DNA of 32,000 bases, from assembly GCF_000007185.1 (NCBI RefSeq), contig NC_003551.1, forward strand, positions 1,260,001-1,292,000, read 5' to 3'. Positions within the stretch are counted from its first letter, which is position 1. The number at the start of each line of letters is the position of its first letter. The position numbers and the translations under genes are program-made. Positions 21,934-31,175 of the stretch are shown piece by piece. This stretch comes from Methanopyrus kandleri AV19 (GTDB lineage Archaea > JAADCQ01 > Methanopyri > Methanopyrales > Methanopyraceae). The notes beneath the pieces were generated by a model that was given only the letters and a program-made list of their open reading frames with translations, was not told the origin of the DNA and made no database searches.

Positions 21934-22213
21934 GCGATCCTCCCCCGCGGGTTCGCCCGGGTTGGAGGTGCGTCCGTGTCCACGTCGGGGACCCTCCCGC
22001 GGGTCACGCGGCCGCGGGTACTACCCCCACGGTCCGGTGAGTCGGTTCCCTCCCCCGGGTGTTCCGGTTTAGGTACGCGCGACCCGATCTCGGTCGCACC
22101 GTGCGCGGGCACCGATTAACCCTATCCGTGACGCCCCGACCGACACACTAGAAACCCCATCGGAGGCCGTACCGGCGTCGTATCGTCGCCCTCCGCGGGC
22201 AGTTCATGCGGGT

Positions 22214-23809
22214 TTACAACCCCGGCGTTACCGGTATTCCGAAGGTGTTCTCTAATATAACAGACAGGGCCGTGTAGTAGAGTAAGTCGAGTATAGTGGG
22301 TACGTCACCGGTGAGTACCCCGGTAATTATCCCGTTGAGTAGGTGGATCGAATCCTGGAATGCGGTCGTACCGCCGATTATACCGAACGTGCGAGAGTGT
22401 AATTCCATGGCCAGTGGTAATGGAAGGACGGTGAGGAGTGCATGGGTCGCTGCCTTGTCCAACAGTATCGATAGTAGGGGGCCAGTCTCTATCCCCGACA
22501 CCCAGTGCCAGAGGCCCTCGAGGAGACCGTACACCGCCCCCGAGACGATCCTGGGGATCCCGAACTCGACCGCCACCAACCGCTTGAACGGCTCCTCCAC
22601 GACGGGAGCCATCCCCATTGAAACCGTATAACCCCAGTACCACCGCTCCAGGACGGGGAAGACGGCGTTCTCGGTCACCCACTCCCACACCGCCACGCTC
22701 ACGCAGCACGGGACGATCGCCGGGAGTCCGAACGATCGCAACCGCTCCACGATCGACTTCAGGATCGCGTTGGAGACCAGCGGGTACAACAGGTTCCAGC
22801 ACGCGGCCACCGGAAGTGCCGACCACACCTCGTCGTACAACCGCTCGAAGACGTCGTCGCGCCCCCACCGGATCTCGACGCTCAGACCGACCGCGGCGTA
22901 CAGTCTGGCGGTGAGGGCGAGTAGCGCGGGCGCGAGCGAGAGCGGGCTGCTCAGCTGGAGCCTGTCCGCCAGGTTGAGGGTCCTCAGGAACTCGGCGAGG
23001 TGGGAGTCGGGAGCGAGTTCGAGCGGGTCGATCGTGATCGCGACGGGTTCGACGCCCTCGGGGGTCCTGACCAGTAGGAAGCTCCAGTACTCCCGGAGCC
23101 TCTCGGGGAGGTGGGCCAGCTTGGACTCGATCTCCTCCAGGGTCTCCGGGTCGGCGGTCGTCTCGTCGAAGGTCGCGTTCTCGTCGCCGAGGTTCGCCCG
23201 GACGGTGACCAGGGTCCTGCCCCATAGGTCGTAGAACTTGACCTCGACGGTACCGTCTCGGGTGTCGAACCGGTACTCGCAGTAATCGGCTCTCGGCCTG
23301 TAGACGGGGAGTACGTCCCGGTACTTGTCGAACCACGCCTGCCGTTCGAGTTCGATCCTCCCGTCGGACTCGAGTCTCGCGAAGACGACGGAGTACGTTG
23401 TCAGGAAGGCTACTCGATCGTTCCAGAGGACGGTCACGTACGATGGGTCGACGTCGGTGTCTTCCAGGTTGACGAGTCCGAGGATCACGGCGGGCGCTCG
23501 GAGGGTCGTGCGGACTTCCCCGAAGGGGGTTCGAACCCCGAGCTCGCGTCCGTGGAGGGAGGCGTTCGTGGAGGGGTCGTCCGTCACGAGTCCGGCGTTC
23601 GGGAGCACGGTGAGGTATCGGTATGGAGGGCTGCCTATCAGTACTAGGTGGTAGGAATCCAGGTGGCGGGCCTCGTGGGACAGGCGTGTTAGGGCTTCGA
23701 GGCAGTCGGTCGCGGTGTCACCGTGGAGTACCGGTGTCGAGTGCGCGGGGATCGGGAGGGTTAGGGAAAAGAGGAGGAGGTGCGTGATGAGGACGCCCGA
23801 GGACCTCAA
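22214..23809 (-). CDS. signal peptide + extracellular domain + multi-spanning EExxK-type glutamic membrane protease (CPBP/PrsW-like)
   Basis: TTG start at 23809 gives the signal peptide RSSGVLITHLLLFSLTLPIPAHS. C-terminal part has MAPVVEEPFKR (22581-22597), then GAVYGLLEGLWHW, LLDKAATHALLT and FQDSIHLLNG in hydrophobic helices. Confidence 0.65.
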   Translation of the reverse strand: MRSSGVLITHLLLFSLTLPIPAHSTPVLHGDTATDCLEALTRLSHEARHLDSYHLVLIGSPPYRYLTVLPNAGLVTDDPSTNASLHGRELGVRTPFGEVRTTLRAPAVILGLVNLEDTDVDPSYVTVLWNDRVAFLTTYSVVFARLESDGRIELERQAWFDKYRDVLPVYRPRADYCEYRFDTRDGTVEVKFYDLWGRTLVTVRANLGDENATFDETTADPETLEEIESKLAHLPERLREYWSFLLVRTPEGVEPVAITIDPLELAPDSHLAEFLRTLNLADRLQLSSPLSLAPALLALTARLYAAVGLSVEIRWGRDDVFERLYDEVWSALPVAACWNLLYPLVSNAILKSIVERLRSFGLPAIVPCCVSVAVWEWVTENAVFPVLERWYWGYTVSMGMAPVVEEPFKRLVAVEFGIPRIVSGAVYGLLEGLWHWVSGIETGPLLSILLDKAATHALLTVLPLPLAMELHSRTFGIIGGTTAFQDSIHLLNGIITGVLTGDVPTILDLLYYTALSVILENTFGIPVTPGL

Positions 23810-23980
23810 GCCGTCGGTCCCCTCCCGAACGCCGTCACTAGGACTGGGATCGGTGAGGCGGCTCGGAGCTCCACCGTCCCTGCGCGGCCTCCGGCACCCC
23901 GGTGACCTCTTAAGCGTAACGATGATCGTCGAGGACGGGCCGAAACCGGATCGAGTGAAGGGAAACAAATGTGTTTAACA

Positions 23981-24418
23981 TCACACCTCGAACCCGTGCT
24001 CCCGTAGGAGCTCCCCGAGCGTGGAGAGCACCCGCTCGGCGGTCTCGATGAACCGTTCCGCGTCCTCCCTGGTGTCGTAGGGGAACTCGACCCGGTAACG
24101 CGCGGCCGTGTACGCGTCGGAGAGCATCTTCAGCTCTTCCCGGAGTTCCCCCGCGAGCTCCCTCACCCTCCGGTCCCCGGTGACGTCGACCAGGACCCCC
24201 AACAGCTCGGAGAGCCCGCGGACCCTGGGGTACTCACCGGTCAGGAACGCCAGCGCGGCCTTGATCCCCAGTCGCACGGCCTGCTCGGCGTGGAACGCGG
24301 TCCACCTGTACATCCCTTCCTCCAGGCTGAACCTCGCGAGCTCGAGCGCCTCACCGGCACGTTCCCACAGCGACCGTGCCTCCTCGTACGATCCCGAGGG
24401 GGCCACCCCCGGTGTCAC
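23981..24418 (-). CDS. HEPN domain protein (PF05168-like)
   Basis: WTAFHAEQAVRLGIKAALAFLTGEYPRVRGLSELLGVL and AARYRVEFPYDTREDAERFIETAERVL. Confidence 0.8.
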   Translation of the reverse strand: MTPGVAPSGSYEEARSLWERAGEALELARFSLEEGMYRWTAFHAEQAVRLGIKAALAFLTGEYPRVRGLSELLGVLVDVTGDRRVRELAGELREELKMLSDAYTAARYRVEFPYDTREDAERFIETAERVLSTLGELLREHGFEV

Positions 24419-24441
24419 GTGGGGACGTCCCGGACTGGTAC

Positions 24442-24786
24442 GTGAAGTACCTCCGGAGGCGGTACCGGCTCTTCCTGGAGTACGTTCGGAGATGGAGGTA
24501 CTGGGTTCGCCGGATCGCGGAGGTGATCCGGGAGCGGGTGGATCCCCGGGCCGAGGTGATCGTCTTCGGCAGCGTGGTCAAGGGGAGGGCTACGGGTGGC
24601 TCCGACGTGGACGTGCTCGTCGTCACGGAGAGGGCCCGCGAGCTGAGGCCCCACGAGGTGGCGGGGATCGTGGAGGAGGAGCTGGACCTGCCCGAGGATC
24701 ACCCGTTCGAGTTCCACCTCACGACCCCGGAGGGTTTCGAGACCCGGTGGCGGCGGTTCCTCGACGAGTACGAGCGGGTGGGGTGA
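24442..24786 (+). CDS. minimal nucleotidyltransferase (MNT)
   Basis: VIVFGSVVKGRATGGSDVDVLVVT. GTG at 24442 is the likely start of ORF 24376..24786. Confidence 0.85.
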   Translation: MKYLRRRYRLFLEYVRRWRYWVRRIAEVIRERVDPRAEVIVFGSVVKGRATGGSDVDVLVVTERARELRPHEVAGIVEEELDLPEDHPFEFHLTTPEGFETRWRRFLDEYERVG

Positions 24787-24837
24787 GTCCGTTCGACGGC
24801 TGGGTCCCGACCCTCGCCGGGGTTGTGGTGCGGTCGG

Positions 24838-24950
24838 ACTTTCGGACGATCGTATTACCATCGTTCAATAACAGTGCATGGGATATACAGAAATGATGCG
24901 ATATCGACATGAGTGTTAGTCGACTATCGTACGTGAACGCTCATACCGCC
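24838..24950 (+). repeat. conserved non-coding element, copy 1, with hairpin ATGAGTGTT...AACGCTCAT
   Basis: Shares GACGATCGyATTAC, CATG, ATATCGA and TCGACTATCGTACGyGAACGCTCATAC with 31176..31290. Confidence 0.75.
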
Positions 24951-25069
24951 CGGCCGCGCGGGATAACACATCGCGGATCGCGCCGGTCGGCTGAGTTCAG
25001 TTAACGTAATAATTGCCGTACCGTACACCCGGAATACGGGACCGCGATCCGACGTGCGGGGAGTGAGGT

Positions 25070-26045
25070 GTGCTCGGCGCGGTCCTCGCGGCGTTCCTCG
25101 CCCTGCCCGGGCCCGCGCTCGCCGACTGCTGGACCTCGGTCCCCGGGGGTTCACCTCGGTGAGTGGACCGAGCTGACGGTCACCGGTTCTACAGTTCAAG
25201 CCCACCTGATCGTCGGTATACGCGGGTACGGGCTCGAGGGGAGCTTCGAGGTACCGATCAAGGTGCTCGTGCCGAGCGATGCGGAGCTCGTGACGGCGAA
25301 GTGGAAGCCCAAGGGGGGCGGGGAGGTCGAGGTCGAGCCGGTGTCGGTCCGGACCGTGACCTGGCCGGGCGACACGGACCAGATCGGGTACCTCCTGAGG
25401 TACAGGAGCGAGGACCCGCTCGGAGCCCTGTTCCCGGACGGGGTGATCCGGTGGCGGGAGCTGACCTTCGTCCTCCCGGTGGAGGCTAAGGGGAGCGAGT
25501 CCAGCAGATGTCTGTTCGACGTGTTCAAGGGGGAGTACCTGGGTACCCTGGATGTGACGGTGACCGCCCGACTCCACAGGGGTAAGGGGGAGGAAGGAGA
25601 GGCCTGGTTCTTCGCCTGGCCCATCCCGGAGAGCCCGAACCCGGCGTACGATGTGAAGGTTCACGGTCTGTACGTCGACTTCGTGACCGTGTACGACCCG
25701 GAGACCGGGCGGTGGCGCTGGTTCATCCCGGTTATCCAACCAAAGGACCGAAGCTCCACGTACGTGTACGTGAGGGTCGACGTCGCCGGTCCGGTGTTCA
25801 CCTTCGGTGTTGAGACCGATCACGTCAGCGTGGAGACGGTGTACCCCTGGGACGAGAGGGCGTCCCAGTTCCTGAGTCTGACCCAATACCTACCGGTACT
25901 CGTCGTGATGAAGAAGGAACTCCAGCGAGGTGAGGCGAACGGTGAGACGGCGTCGCCCGGGCGCGGTGGCGGTGGTGCGGGGTCCACCCGGACCGGGAGG
26001 ACGGTCCCGTTGATCGTGCCGATCGTCCCGGTACGGCGGAGGTGA
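25070..26045 (+). pseudogene. secreted protein, signal peptide in an offset frame, tail RTVPLIVPIVPVRRR; frameshift ~25120-25165
   Basis: GTG at 25070 gives MLGAVLAAFLALPGPALADCWTSVPGG. The body is in the frame of ORF 25068..26045 (HLGEWTELTVTGSTVQAHLIV...). Confidence 0.6.
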
Positions 26046-26184
26046 CTCGTCCGTGCACGCCTATTCCACCGAGCCGGAACGTCGGCATTCCCGCAGTCGC
26101 CACCTCGACCCTCGCGGGGTAGGATCATCGAGGAACTTCAACGGACTCCGGTACGGTCCCGCCAATCGGGCAATAACGCGGGCG

Positions 26185-26808
26185 TTACCCGTGTCTCAGC
26201 TTCCAGCGTTGGAGTTCTAACCCCACGTCGGGGACCTCGTGTTTCCCGTCGAGGGACCTCCTGCGGGAGCGGATGACCCTCTTCAAGTGCGAGGAGTAGT
26301 GGGCGGGCCAGCCTCCGAGGGTCCTCACGGTGAAGGATTCCAACCGGTCGGGGAGTTCTTCCAACACGTCCCGGATTCTTGGTGACTCGGATGGTCTCGC
26401 GTCGAAGGCCAGTGCGAGCCCGCGGGCCAGTACTCGTCGGGCCTGTTTGTATGGCAGACCCGAGACTTCGGTCAGGAGCGTCTTGAGCACCGAGCGTAGG
26501 TTGCGCATGAGGTGCCGGGCTAGCTCCAGAACCTCTTCTCGATCCAGAGAGACGAGCCATTCGACGAACCGAACGCTCCCGTTCTCGGGCTTGCCCAGGT
26601 AGAGGGTCCGCCCGTGCTTGAACCGGGAATCCCGACGCCAACGGGCCACGTAGTACGGGCCGCACGTGTTCCCGCTCACCGTCCGGTAGGTCACCTCGAG
26701 GCCCGGTTTCTTTCCACGACGGTAGACTTCCCGGAGGACGCGGAGGGCTCGGATGCGCTCCACGGGATCGGAGGGTATCGGGACGTGCGATCCGACCAAC
26801 CCCGGCAC
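26185..26808 (-). CDS. copy B of the lineage-specific ORF family (intact)
   Basis: Close alignment to copies A and C. GTG at 26808 fits MPGLVGSHVPIPSDPVERIRALRVLREVYRRGKKP. Confidence 0.85.
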   Translation of the reverse strand: MPGLVGSHVPIPSDPVERIRALRVLREVYRRGKKPGLEVTYRTVSGNTCGPYYVARWRRDSRFKHGRTLYLGKPENGSVRFVEWLVSLDREEVLELARHLMRNLRSVLKTLLTEVSGLPYKQARRVLARGLALAFDARPSESPRIRDVLEELPDRLESFTVRTLGGWPAHYSSHLKRVIRSRRRSLDGKHEVPDVGLELQRWKLRHG

Positions 26809-27008
26809 GCGATCCAGGGTAGTGGCTCCAGATTGTATGGAGGCAAGGAAAGGACAGCCTTCCGGGATAAAAGTCTTGCCGTTCGGAAGGTCATGGCGTC
26901 GGTCGGCCTTCCGCCATACAAGTCGGACCGGAGATCGCCCGATCGGGTTCCGGGCGCGGTGAGTCTCGTCGCGAAAAGGAGGGGTGGTGGGGACGCGGTC
27001 ACCGGAGG

Positions 27009-27983
27009 TCAGGCGTCGTCTCGACGGCCCGCCAGCGGCACCGGTAGTAGCGGTAGTACCCACACCGGGATACCCGACGTAGTTCCGCCGCCCTTCTCCG
27101 GGAACAGGAACTCGACGTTCGGGTGCTCGCTCATCACCTCCCGAAGCTCCTCCTCGCTAGCACCCTGCTCGTACATCCCGAACACCCGCTCGATGAACCG
27201 GACCAGCGGATCGCCCTCCCGCGGCTCGAAGTCCACGAACAGCGGCTCAACGCCCGACCCCGTGCGCAGGACGCTTCCCAAGACGGGTCCCTCCAGCGAC
27301 CTAGAAAGCTCCCTCATCCTCTCGACCAACGCCGCGTCCGTAACCTTCACCCGATCCACGAGGATCCTGCCGCCCCCCAAGTCGAAAGTCACGGTGATCG
27401 CCAACGGTTCGCCCTCCCGGTAACGCGACCACCCGCCCTCCGGGCGGAACCCCAGGACTCGCATGACCACCCGGTCCGAATACACCCAGTACTCCACGTC
27501 CGCGAGGAACAGCTCGCCCAGATCCTCCCTGGCGATCACTTGATCATCCCGCTTCAGGACCGCGGCGAAGCGCGGCGGCCTCCCGGCGAGAATAACCTCC
27601 CCTACTTCGCAGACGTACTGCCCAGCGAGCGCCATCACCTTGTAGTACGACACGCCGGGCACCACGACCACCGCCGGGCCCTGAACGTCCCTAGCGACCT
27701 GGATGATCCTCCGCCCCAGCTGAACCTCCATCCGGATGCTCCCGGGCTCCACCCTGACCTCCGGAGCCCCCGTCACGAACACGTCTTTCCCGGGCAGGTA
27801 ACAGAACCTGCGAGCGGGATGATCCGCGATCACGTGCGGCTCATCCCTCCACTTAGGCAGGACTTGCTTTTGGAAGTACTCGTGCAAGTAGTCCAGGTCC
27901 TTCGAGAGACTACCCTGGATTAACGGTTCTCCTGAGGCTGGGGCTAGTGCTAGGACTAGTCCTAGGACGAGGTAGGGGAGCAA
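27009..27983 (-). CDS. secreted protein with signal peptide (MLPYLVLGLVLALAPASG) and tail SGIPVWVLPLLPVPLAGRRDDA (intact)
   Basis: Single uninterrupted ORF. Confidence 0.8.
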   Translation of the reverse strand: MLPYLVLGLVLALAPASGEPLIQGSLSKDLDYLHEYFQKQVLPKWRDEPHVIADHPARRFCYLPGKDVFVTGAPEVRVEPGSIRMEVQLGRRIIQVARDVQGPAVVVVPGVSYYKVMALAGQYVCEVGEVILAGRPPRFAAVLKRDDQVIAREDLGELFLADVEYWVYSDRVVMRVLGFRPEGGWSRYREGEPLAITVTFDLGGGRILVDRVKVTDAALVERMRELSRSLEGPVLGSVLRTGSGVEPLFVDFEPREGDPLVRFIERVFGMYEQGASEEELREVMSEHPNVEFLFPEKGGGTTSGIPVWVLPLLPVPLAGRRDDA

Positions 27984-28127
27984 GCCGGCACCCCCTCAGG
28001 TCGGTAGGATTAGTCCGGAGTCTGGTGGGCTCGATGGCCGGGTCCGACCCGGATCTGAGGGGAACCCCGATCGGATGGAAAGGCTTACGATCCGCGCGGG
28101 ATCCTCGGGGTGCGGAGGTGACGCGCG

Positions 28128-30386
28128 TTGACGGCCCGTAAGATCGACTCCTGGTTCCCGGTCGCGGCCGTCTCGGACGAGTGCGAGCGCGAGCGTGATC
28201 TCGGGTCGCCGGTGGAGGTCCTCCCCGGGTTCAGGTCGCCGGTCGCGCTGGCCCGGGCGGTGGTCCTCCTGAGCCTCGCCCCTGAGGACACCGAGGAGGA
28301 CGCGCTGCTACCGTCGTTGCGGCCGATCGTCGGCGAGCCCTGGAGGACACCCATCGAGGTGCCGGACGGGGACGTCCCGCGGAAGGTGTGGGTCCTCGGC
28401 GACGGTTCGATCGCCCTCGAGGCGGCCCGGATGGGGCGGGAGGTTCGGCTCGTCGTCACCGACCCCGCGGTCGCCCGGTTCCTCCGCGAGGTCTTCGGGC
28501 GGCTGTTCGCGCTGCGGGAGGAAGCGCTGGAGGAGTTGGAGGAGTTCCTCCACGAGGTGGGTGAGGTACTGAGGGACCGGTTCGGGGACTTCTACGGCCG
28601 TGAAGATCGCGCCTACCTCTGGATCAAGCGGGTGAGGTGCCCGGGGTGCGGGCTCCTGGTCCCCTTGATGGAGCATCGATGGGTCGTGGAGGGTCGGTAC
28701 GCGCTGGAGCTGGACGTGCCGGAGGACGGCGACGAGGTGGAGTTCGAGGTCGTGGAGGCGGAGGAGGCCGGGCCCGGGACGGTCAGGGACGGTCGCGTGA
28801 CCTGCCCGAGGTGCGGGAGGTCGCGGAGCGTGGAGGGAGTCCGGCGCGACCTCTCGCTTCGGGCCGCGCGTAGGGAGGAGGAAGAGCCCGTCGACGCGTA
28901 CCTGGCGGTCGTGGTGAGGGAGGACGGTTCGGTCCGACCGGCCACGGACCGCGACCTCGAGCGGTTCGAGCTGGCCCGGGAGGAGTTCCGCCGGGAGGAG
29001 TGGGAGGTGCCCCGCGGGGAGCCTCCGGAGGGACTCAAACGGTGGGGGATCTGGGACGTCTCGTGGTTGTTCAACCGCAGGCAACTGCTCGCGCACGTGG
29101 AGGTCGCCGTCGCGACCTCGGAGGTGGACGGGGACCGGTACGGGATCTGGGCAGCTGCCGTACTGACCGAGCTCTCCCTTCGGAACTCCGTGCTGTCCCG
29201 ATGGGATCCTGTGACCGTGGGGACCCTGAGGCCCAGGGGTTGGACGTGGGACCACGGCGAGTTACCCGTCCCGTCGGCGTGGAGGGAGGTATCCGACGAG
29301 ATCACCGAGGCCTGCCGCGAGTTAGTCGAGGTCGCGGAGGATGTCGAAGTGGAGGTGGTAAAGGCCGACGAGGTGAATAGGAGCTGGAGTATACCCCGGG
29401 ATCTCCCGGACGTGCTGTTCCGGGCCTGGTCGGAGCTCGTCTCGAACGTGTCGGCCGGGGTCGGGGAGTGGAAGGTCCCGGTGTCCGGTGGCGGATGGGC
29501 TCGAACGAGGGCACCGCTACCGGTCGTCGGCGGGCTCGGTTGGGACGATCGAGTTTCCCTGATACTGCGGGGCGATCGGATCGCGGGGCGTTGGGAGGAG
29601 ATCGTCGGGTGGATCGTGGGGTGCGGGCTCGAGGCCGCGTCGGCGTGGCCCGTGATCGGCGAGGACGCGCTCGTGGTCCCGCTGGTCGGGCGCGAGCCGG
29701 GGCCCGAGGATGTCGACTGGGAGGGGGTCGTCGAGGAGGTGAGGGGTTCCGTGCGGGAGCTCCTGCGGGAGGTACGCGACCTCCGCGGGCGCGGGTGGAG
29801 GTCGGTGAGGCTGATCCCGTACGCCGCCGCCCTGCCGCCGTGCACCGGGGTCGACGTCGTCAGGCGGGATGGGGACTCCCTGGGCGTGCGACACCCGGAG
29901 GTGCTCTCTGAGGTGCTCGCGGTGGGTTGGAGGGAGCTGGTGGAGGCCGTCTTGGAGCTCCTGGACGTGGGGCTCTCGGACCCGAGGGCTCGGTTCTACG
30001 CGGTCTACAGGTCGCTGTGGGGCTACCCGAGGCCCGACGACGCACCGGGTCGGGAGGTCGGGCCGCCGCTGAGGGCGCTGGGACTGGATCCGAACGACCT
30101 CCCTTACCTGGACGCGGACGGTAGGCTGAAGACCTACCGCGAGAGGCGGGAGTCGCGGCTACGGCCCGAGGAGGATCCCGTCGACGCGTTTCACGCGGCG
30201 CTGCTGGAGGTGTTGGAAGACGGTCCGGGATCCGCCCTGGAGGCGCTGCCGGAAGAGGTGAGGGGAGAGGTCCTCGGGCTGGCCCTGGCGGTGGCCCGTG
30301 CGGCGCGCCGTCGCGGTGAGGATCACCCGGAGGCGGAGCTGGCGCGGAGGCTCGTCGGGGTGTCGGCCGGTGCCGCGGCGCGGTGA
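28128..30386 (+). CDS. divergent homolog of COG1743-type Zn-ribbon adenine-specific DNA methylase
   Basis: IDSWFPVAAVS...ERERDLG, GDGSIALEAARMG, AYLWIKRVRCPGCGLLVPLMEHRWV, second CPRCG, WDVSWLFNRRQLLAHVEVAVA. Confidence 0.55.
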   Translation: MTARKIDSWFPVAAVSDECERERDLGSPVEVLPGFRSPVALARAVVLLSLAPEDTEEDALLPSLRPIVGEPWRTPIEVPDGDVPRKVWVLGDGSIALEAARMGREVRLVVTDPAVARFLREVFGRLFALREEALEELEEFLHEVGEVLRDRFGDFYGREDRAYLWIKRVRCPGCGLLVPLMEHRWVVEGRYALELDVPEDGDEVEFEVVEAEEAGPGTVRDGRVTCPRCGRSRSVEGVRRDLSLRAARREEEEPVDAYLAVVVREDGSVRPATDRDLERFELAREEFRREEWEVPRGEPPEGLKRWGIWDVSWLFNRRQLLAHVEVAVATSEVDGDRYGIWAAAVLTELSLRNSVLSRWDPVTVGTLRPRGWTWDHGELPVPSAWREVSDEITEACRELVEVAEDVEVEVVKADEVNRSWSIPRDLPDVLFRAWSELVSNVSAGVGEWKVPVSGGGWARTRAPLPVVGGLGWDDRVSLILRGDRIAGRWEEIVGWIVGCGLEAASAWPVIGEDALVVPLVGREPGPEDVDWEGVVEEVRGSVRELLREVRDLRGRGWRSVRLIPYAAALPPCTGVDVVRRDGDSLGVRHPEVLSEVLAVGWRELVEAVLELLDVGLSDPRARFYAVYRSLWGYPRPDDAPGREVGPPLRALGLDPNDLPYLDADGRLKTYRERRESRLRPEEDPVDAFHAALLEVLEDGPGSALEALPEEVRGEVLGLALAVARAARRRGEDHPEAELARRLVGVSAGAAAR

Positions 30387-30390
30387 GCCG

Positions 30391-31122
30391 GTGGACACCG
30401 AGGGAAGGCTCCGGGAGACGATAGGCCGCTACCATGGTGTCGTCCTGGACACCAACGCGTTCGCGGCCCTCGCCAAGGCCTTCGTGGACGACATCTGCGA
30501 GACCCCGGTCGATAACGTCGTGTACGCGTTCTTCCTCGAGGTCAAACGGATGATGGGTGAGAACTTCCTCCTCTACTCTTACGAGGAACTCCGGGCGGAG
30601 TACGCCAAGCGCCTGGAAGATCTCAGAGACTACGACGGGCAGGAGGTGTGCTACGCCTGTCCGATACTCTCGGAACTCTTGGGGCCGACGGTGAGGGGCC
30701 TCTGCTACCTGTTCAAGGGTCACGAGGACGTGAGCGTACACGATGATGTGCTGTCACGGCCGGAGTACTCCGAACAGCTGGAGAGGTTGTACCGGGGACT
30801 GCGACGCGGGGGGTACGCCGGGTTACCCGAGTCCCTGCGGGGTTTCAAGTGCAACTTCGAGGAGGGTCAGGTCGGTGACAAGCACGTGGACGTGGCGAAC
30901 GTCATGGTGGCAGCCGTCAAGGGGTCCGTCCTCGTGACCTCCGATCGTGGGATAAGGGACGCCTGCTCCGAGCTGAAGCCCAGATGTCTCTGCGTATATT
31001 TCAACCCCGGATACGTCGACGACCCCGTCCGCGAGGAGTTCGAGTTCGAGCTGGTTCCCCGTCCGGGAGGCCTGCCGGTCGGGCTGAGGTACCGCAAGGG
31101 GATCGGGAAGTTCACCCGCTAG
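30391..31122 (+). CDS. PIN-like domain protein
   Basis: VVLDTNAFAALAKAF near the N-terminus, and KHVDVANVMVAAVKGSVLVTSDRGIRD near the C-terminus. GTG at 30391 is 4 nt after the preceding stop. Confidence 0.65.
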   Translation: MDTEGRLRETIGRYHGVVLDTNAFAALAKAFVDDICETPVDNVVYAFFLEVKRMMGENFLLYSYEELRAEYAKRLEDLRDYDGQEVCYACPILSELLGPTVRGLCYLFKGHEDVSVHDDVLSRPEYSEQLERLYRGLRRGGYAGLPESLRGFKCNFEEGQVGDKHVDVANVMVAAVKGSVLVTSDRGIRDACSELKPRCLCVYFNPGYVDDPVREEFEFELVPRPGGLPVGLRYRKGIGKFTR

Positions 31123-31175
31123 TCCGTGACGTCCGGCCGTACCGTGTGTGGAGGGACGCCTGACGAATCCACTCG

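Noticed and set aside
24924-25886. 320-aa minus-strand ORF
   Set aside because: Antisense to the 25070..26045 secreted-protein gene, which has a signal peptide and tail motif.
28613-29845. 410-aa minus-strand ORF (and 28308..29255, 29860..30741)
   Set aside because: Antisense to the COG1743-like gene, Ser/Thr/Arg/Pro-rich, with no domain signal.
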